Of a DNA stretch of 64,000 bases, positions 59,503 to 64,000 are shown in pieces (the first letter of the stretch is position 1; each line of letters begins with the position of its first letter). The stretch lies in the NCBI GenBank assembly GCA_022446815.1, contig JAKVCD010000018.1, positions 211,908-275,907 of the forward strand, written 5' to 3'. The stretch is from Planctomycetota bacterium. GTDB lineage: Bacteria; Planctomycetota; UBA1135; GCA-002686595. Position numbers and translations under genes: made by a program. Below the pieces are notes generated by a model, which saw only the letters and a list, made by a program, of their open reading frames with translations, was not told the origin of the DNA and searched no databases.

Positions 59503-59648
59503 GTAGCTCCTGGCCCAACGGGCTTTGGGTGCGACAGCATAGGTGCGTGAGGGAGGAGGGGTTAGGAGATGCGGAGAATTCTCACTCGGAAGGGACGGAT
59601 CGGCTCGAAGGCTCGTCCCCGGCTCGCTACCCGGATATCTTGCCCCTG

Positions 59649-60419
59649 ATGGATATCGCCACCTGGAATGTGAACTCCGTGCGGGCTCGACTGCCGCGCT
59701 TGCTGCCCTGGCTAGAGGAGCGGCGCCCTGACGTGGTCTGCCTCCAAGAGACAAAGTGCGTCGATGAGGTCTTCCCGAGAGAGCCAATCGAGGACCTCGG
59801 CTACCACATCGAGGTCTTCGGCCAGAAGACCTACAACGGGGTCGCGATCCTCTCTAAGTCGACTCCAGAGGACGTCATACGTGGCCTGCCGGGGGACGAT
59901 GAGGAGGCTGATAAGCGGGTGATCGGCGCCATCGTGGATGGGGTCATGATCCTCAACCTCTACGTGGTGAACGGGAAAGAGGTCGGGAGCGACAAGTACG
60001 CCTACAAGCTCGATTGGATGGGCCGCGTCGCGGACCTAGTCCATGCCAGCTACCCGATGGATGAGAAGGTCGTTGTGACAGGTGACTTCAACGTGACCTT
60101 TGATGACCGAGACGTGGCGGAGCCAGACCTCTGGCGGGACAAGATCCTCTGCTCCGAGCCTGAGCGCGCTGCGATGGCGAAGATCATGGAGCCTGGCCTA
60201 AAAGACGCGTTCCGAGAGCTCTGCGACGAGGAGGGCCACTTCACATGGTGGGACTTCCGCACGCGCGGTTTCCAGCGCGGCAATCGTGGTCTACGTATCG
60301 ATCACTTCCTGATGAGCCCCCCGGCCATGGATGCCTGCTCGGCCGTCACGATTGATCGTGAGGCGCGAGACGGGGAGAAGCCCTCAGACCACGCGCCTGT
60401 GATCGCGACGCTCAGCTGA
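59649..60419 (+). CDS. xthA: Exodeoxyribonuclease III
   Basis: MDIATWNVNSVRAR, VVCLQETK, GDFNV, RIDH and SDHAPV are present. Confidence 0.9.
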   Translation: MDIATWNVNSVRARLPRLLPWLEERRPDVVCLQETKCVDEVFPREPIEDLGYHIEVFGQKTYNGVAILSKSTPEDVIRGLPGDDEEADKRVIGAIVDGVMILNLYVVNGKEVGSDKYAYKLDWMGRVADLVHASYPMDEKVVVTGDFNVTFDDRDVAEPDLWRDKILCSEPERAAMAKIMEPGLKDAFRELCDEEGHFTWWDFRTRGFQRGNRGLRIDHFLMSPPAMDACSAVTIDREARDGEKPSDHAPVIATLS

Positions 60420-60423
60420 GGAG

Positions 60424-61038
60424 CTATTGGGCTATGTGATGGGCGAGCGCGATGTGCGCGCGCCTCCCAGCATCTGTCTCGGCGAAGGCTGCCTGCATCT
60501 CCTCAGGCGGCAGCTTGAGGAAGTGAAGCAAGAGGTCAGCGAGGGGCGCCATCGGTGCGTCTTCAGGGAGCTCGATCTCATCCTCTGCGCGCTCGCGGAT
60601 GGCCTCCCTCAAAGCGATGGTCGTGGCGACGGCGTCCTCTCCCGTGGGCTGGCTCTCTTGGAGCTCTTCGAACTCGACCATCCGGTAGGGCTTCTCACTC
60701 TCGACCTCGCGGACGCGTACTCGCCTCAGGCCTTGCAGGGTGATGAGAAAGCGGCCGTCGTCTAGGTGGTTGTGTCCGACGATCTCTCCAAGACCTCCGA
60801 TGTCATAGAAGGGAGGCTCCCCGAGGGACTCTGCCTCATGGCCTGCCTCGATCGAACTGATCACGAGCCAGCCTCGCTGATCGAGGAGGTCTTCGATCAT
60901 CTGCCGGTAGCGCGGCTCGTAGATGTGCAAGGGGAGGAGTGTGTGCGGGAACAAAAACACCCCTGAGAGGGGGAAGATGGGTGCTTTTCCTGCGGGGAGC
61001 CGCGCCGGCGGCCATGCGTCAGGGGTCTCGTCACTCAT
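60424..61038 (-). CDS. LON N-terminal substrate-binding domain protein
   Basis: PIFPLSGVFLFPHTLLPLHIYEPRYRQMI and the 204-aa length are typical of stand-alone LON-domain proteins. Confidence 0.75.
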   Translation of the reverse strand: MSDETPDAWPPARLPAGKAPIFPLSGVFLFPHTLLPLHIYEPRYRQMIEDLLDQRGWLVISSIEAGHEAESLGEPPFYDIGGLGEIVGHNHLDDGRFLITLQGLRRVRVREVESEKPYRMVEFEELQESQPTGEDAVATTIALREAIRERAEDEIELPEDAPMAPLADLLLHFLKLPPEEMQAAFAETDAGRRAHIALAHHIAQ

Positions 61039-61041
61039 GGG

Positions 61042-62007
61042 CTAAGCGCCGAAGCCCGCGGCGTCCAGGGTGTCGAGGAGGGTCTCGATCTCAGAGGGGA
61101 AGCCGCGCTCAGAGTAGGTCTGGATGAGGTTGTTGACCTGCCTCAGGAAGAGGGTTCGGTCGCTCACGCCGCGGAACCAGTTCGGGTCGAAGCCGAGGTC
61201 ATGGCTCGCGAGGTAGGACATGAGGGACGCTTGAGAGCGCACCCTGCAGCCGTGGAAGGGATCGACGATTCGGCTCGTCCGCAGTCCATGCAGCCTGAGC
61301 ATCACGTGCCCGGGGAGGGGCAGGATGGAGGCGCGCAGGCCGACGCGCCGGGCGACGAGGAGGTAGACAGCGCAGAGGCTTAAGGGGAGGCCGCTGCGGG
61401 TCTCGAGCACACGGTGCAGATGGACATTGTCGGGGTGGTGATAGTCACCGTCTCCTCCAGAGAAGCCGACGGTGTCGCTGAGGTAGTCACACAGCACGGT
61501 CGCGCGCTCGAGCTCCGTTCCACAGCTCTCAGAGCGACGCTTCACCTCCTCTGCGAAGGCATCGAGGGTGCGCTTGTAAGGGCGCGCGTCGAGGGCCGGG
61601 TCGTGCACCCGACCGAGCAAGAGGAGTCCTGCTTCGAGATCAACACGGGCCCTAGCAGCGAAGGAGATAAGTCGACGCCTGACCGCTGCGCGGTCGAGCT
61701 CGAGGAGCAGGGTGCGGGCGTGGCCGCGAGTCCGCGCGTCCTCAGAGGCTGTGGCCTTTACGAGGAAGGATCGGCCGCGCTTTCCCGCGGAGTGAAACTG
61801 CCGTCGGAGCTCGTCTCTGACGAGCTTAGAGTCGTCTCCAAGGAGCTTTGCGAGGGAGCGGAGATGATCGGCCTCAGCGCGCCGCTCCTCGTCTTCAGAG
61901 AGGATCAAGGACGGGAGCCCTACACCAGAATTGGGCGCGGCCTCGTCGCTCGCCTGCCCCTGGGCTGGGCCAAGCTGCTCTTCTGCTCTCTGCTCGGGGC
62001 TCTGCAC
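61042..62007 (-). CDS. Transglutaminase-like (SirB1/UPF0162-type) protein
   Basis: YHHPDNVHLHRVLETRSGLPLSLCAVYLLVARRVGL...PLPGHVMLR.....IVDPFHG is present. GTG start. Confidence 0.65.
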   Translation of the reverse strand: MQSPEQRAEEQLGPAQGQASDEAAPNSGVGLPSLILSEDEERRAEADHLRSLAKLLGDDSKLVRDELRRQFHSAGKRGRSFLVKATASEDARTRGHARTLLLELDRAAVRRRLISFAARARVDLEAGLLLLGRVHDPALDARPYKRTLDAFAEEVKRRSESCGTELERATVLCDYLSDTVGFSGGDGDYHHPDNVHLHRVLETRSGLPLSLCAVYLLVARRVGLRASILPLPGHVMLRLHGLRTSRIVDPFHGCRVRSQASLMSYLASHDLGFDPNWFRGVSDRTLFLRQVNNLIQTYSERGFPSEIETLLDTLDAAGFGA

Positions 62008-62246
62008 TTGCTCTGGTCGCTCCTTGGTGGGCCCACCCTAACGCGAAACGCCGTCTAGGCCCTCCTCTATGGGCCAAAACAGGGTCTCTTCAACCCTCAG
62101 AGGGGCTCTAAAGCAGGCTTCTGTAAGAGTCAGGGGGTCTTCATTGCAGGGGCCACCGCCCCCCTCTATCCTAGTTGCCTCAAAACCCGGTGAGCCTGCC
62201 AAAAACAGGCCTCGTGCCGGCCTTGAGAGACTCGATTCGCCCCCTC

Positions 62247-63446
62247 ATGACCCCCTCCAAAGAGACCAGAAGCGTGGTCATCACGCACGCTCTTCGCACC
62301 CCTATCGGGCGCTACCTAGGCTCCTTCAAGGACCTGAGCGCAGCGGATCTAGGGGCCGCGGTCGTGGGTGAGCTAGTGCAGAGGGCTGGCCTCGGTGCTG
62401 GGGAGGTCGGCGAGGTCGTGATGGGTAACGGGCGGCAGGCTGGGGGAGGCCCTAACGTCGCTCGTCAAATCGCCCACCGGTCGGGCCTTGGGGACTTGGT
62501 CCCTGCTTGGACAATGAACATGGCCTGCGGCTCTGGGCTGAAGGCCATCGAGAGCGTCGCTGGCGCTATCGCCGCTGGTCGATATGAGGTCGGTGTAGCT
62601 GGCGGCACTGAGAGCATGAGCGGCCTGCCCTTCTTCCTCCCGAAGATGCGTACCGGCTATCGCTTGGGCCACGCCAAGGTCGTCGACGCGATGTACCAGG
62701 ACGGCTTCGTCTGCCCCCTCGCTGACATGGTGATGGGAGAGACCGCGGAGGGTCTCGCCGGGGACCTCGACATTTCCCGTGAAGAGCAAGACGCCTTCGC
62801 GCTCAGCTCTCAACAGAGAGCCGGCGCGGCTGCAACCGCTGGGCGCTTCGACGATGAGATCGCTCCCGTCGAGGTTCCGCAGCGCAAGGGGGACCCGCTC
62901 ACGGTCTCAGCGGACGAGCACATGCGCCCGGACACCACCCTGGAGAAGCTCGCCAAGCTCCCGCCGGTCTTCGGCGGGACGATCTCTGCGGGGAACTCCT
63001 CTGGGATCACGGATGGCGCCGCCGGGCTCGTCCTCATGAGCGCAGAGGAGGCCGCGCGCCGCGGCCTCGAGCCCCTCGCGATCGTCGGCGAGAGCGCACA
63101 GGCTGGCGTCGACCCTAAGCGCATGGGGATCGGTCCCGTCCCCGCCGTCAGGGCCCTCGCAGAGCGGAATGGGCTCGCGCCTGCCGAATATGACCTCGTA
63201 GAGCTCAACGAAGCCTTCGCGGCTCAAGTCATCGCTTGCCAAAAGGAGCTCGACTTCCCCGAGGATCGCTTGAACGTGAACGGCGGCGCGATCGCTCTCG
63301 GACACCCCATCGGCGCGACCGGCGCGCGCGTAGTCGTGACCCTCGTCCATGAGATGAAGCGGCGAGGCGCCATGAATGGCCTCGCGACCCTCTGCATCTC
63401 TGGCGGGATGGGGATCGCGTGCGCGTTCCACCGCGACCCCGCCTGA
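62247..63446 (+). CDS. Acetyl-CoA acetyltransferase / 3-ketoacyl-CoA thiolase
   Basis: [58 protein letters not shown] and CISGGMG are present. ATG lies inside the track ORF. Confidence 0.88.
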   Translation: MTPSKETRSVVITHALRTPIGRYLGSFKDLSAADLGAAVVGELVQRAGLGAGEVGEVVMGNGRQAGGGPNVARQIAHRSGLGDLVPAWTMNMACGSGLKAIESVAGAIAAGRYEVGVAGGTESMSGLPFFLPKMRTGYRLGHAKVVDAMYQDGFVCPLADMVMGETAEGLAGDLDISREEQDAFALSSQQRAGAAATAGRFDDEIAPVEVPQRKGDPLTVSADEHMRPDTTLEKLAKLPPVFGGTISAGNSSGITDGAAGLVLMSAEEAARRGLEPLAIVGESAQAGVDPKRMGIGPVPAVRALAERNGLAPAEYDLVELNEAFAAQVIACQKELDFPEDRLNVNGGAIALGHPIGATGARVVVTLVHEMKRRGAMNGLATLCISGGMGIACAFHRDPA

Positions 63447-63537
63447 GCTGCTCGCTGCTAACCCTTCCAAGCGGCGCCCGCGCGCCGCTCACCCTTCAAT
63501 CACCACCCTCAAACAACCAACACACGGAGCATCAAAG

Positions 63538-64000
63538 ATGCAGATCGAAACAGTCGGCGTCGTGGGTTGTGGCCTCATGGGCCACGGCATCGCGCAGATC
63601 GCAGCCCAGGGCGGCTACAAGGTGATCGTCTCAGAGGCGGACCAAGGCGCCCTCGATAAGGGGCTCTCTCGCATCGAGAAGTCGCTCGGCAAGCTCGCGG
63701 GGAAGCTCGTGGAGAAGGGCAAGAAGACGGCAGAGGAGGCTGAGGCTGACGCGGCTGCGGCGTTCGGTCGCATCACCGGTACGCTCGATCGTGCAGACCT
63801 CGCTGACTGCGACCTCATCTGTGAGGCCATCGTCGAGAACCTCGATGTGAAGAACCAGCTCTTCAAGGAGCTTGGTGAGAGCGTGAAGGAGTCCTGCATC
63901 TTTGCGACGAACACCTCCTCCTTCCCTGTAGCCGAGATGGCCGCCGCCTCTGGTCGCCCTGACCGCTTCGTAGGCCTGCACTTTTTCAACCCTGTGCAGC
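63538..64000 (+). CDS. 3-hydroxyacyl-CoA dehydrogenase (N-terminal fragment; 3' end outside window)
   Basis: MQIETVGVVGCGLMGHGIAQIAA, EAIVENLDVKNQLF, NTSSFPV and GLHFFNPVQ are present. The frame is open to the window end and is absent from the ORF track for that reason. Confidence 0.85.
   Translation, partial: MQIETVGVVGCGLMGHGIAQIAAQGGYKVIVSEADQGALDKGLSRIEKSLGKLAGKLVEKGKKTAEEAEADAAAAFGRITGTLDRADLADCDLICEAIVENLDVKNQLFKELGESVKESCIFATNTSSFPVAEMAAASGRPDRFVGLHFFNPVQ

Noticed and set aside
59503-59787. N-terminal extensions offered by the ORF track. Examples are helicase to 59787, xthA from 59412, thiolase from 62175, plsY from 12649, phhB from 20605, Rieske from 22326, YrdC-like from 39916, ACAD from 48211, HTH from 52489, and 1310 for the NTF2 protein.
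   Set aside because: The extensions overlap neighbouring genes or promoters and are Arg/Ser/Pro-rich. Family-typical N-termini begin at the internal start codons used in the feature list.

Overview
GC-rich (judged by eye, not computed) chromosomal segment from a diderm bacterium. It is densely coded, with many 4-nt ATGA start/stop overlaps. I see no rRNA, CRISPR array, transposase, integrase or phage genes. Most of the window is housekeeping or central metabolism. This includes a heme oxygenase/hemerythrin group and a TonB-dependent receptor with TonB. It also includes plsY-gpsA, mutM, an EF-P-like gene, ispH with a ferredoxin, a DEAD-box helicase and xthA. A large acyl-CoA block carries two thiolases, two 3-hydroxyacyl-CoA dehydrogenases, two acyl-CoA dehydrogenases, MeaB and a split B12 acyl-CoA mutase. 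There are two tRNAs, Gly-GCC and Pro-GGG. The unusual part is roughly 27.9-46.0 kb. There, three tandem minus-strand genes encode secreted Cys-rich proteins built from 1, 5 and 4 copies of a ~135-146 aa module. Each ends in the same ~150 aa C-terminal domain, which I cannot assign to a named family. The same domain also ends a beta-helix protein at 15.7-18.2 kb. Next to the three genes lie a methyltransferase-like/APH-kinase fusion and a maleate-isomerase-like plus YrdC-like pair. A tight ECF sigma / ZAS anti-sigma / membrane-anchored TPR-CHAT protease / small secreted protein operon follows. All functional calls come from reading translated motifs by eye, with no database search, so family names are recollections and start codons are provisional. 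Many long ORFs in the supplied track are antisense or alternative-frame artefacts of high GC.
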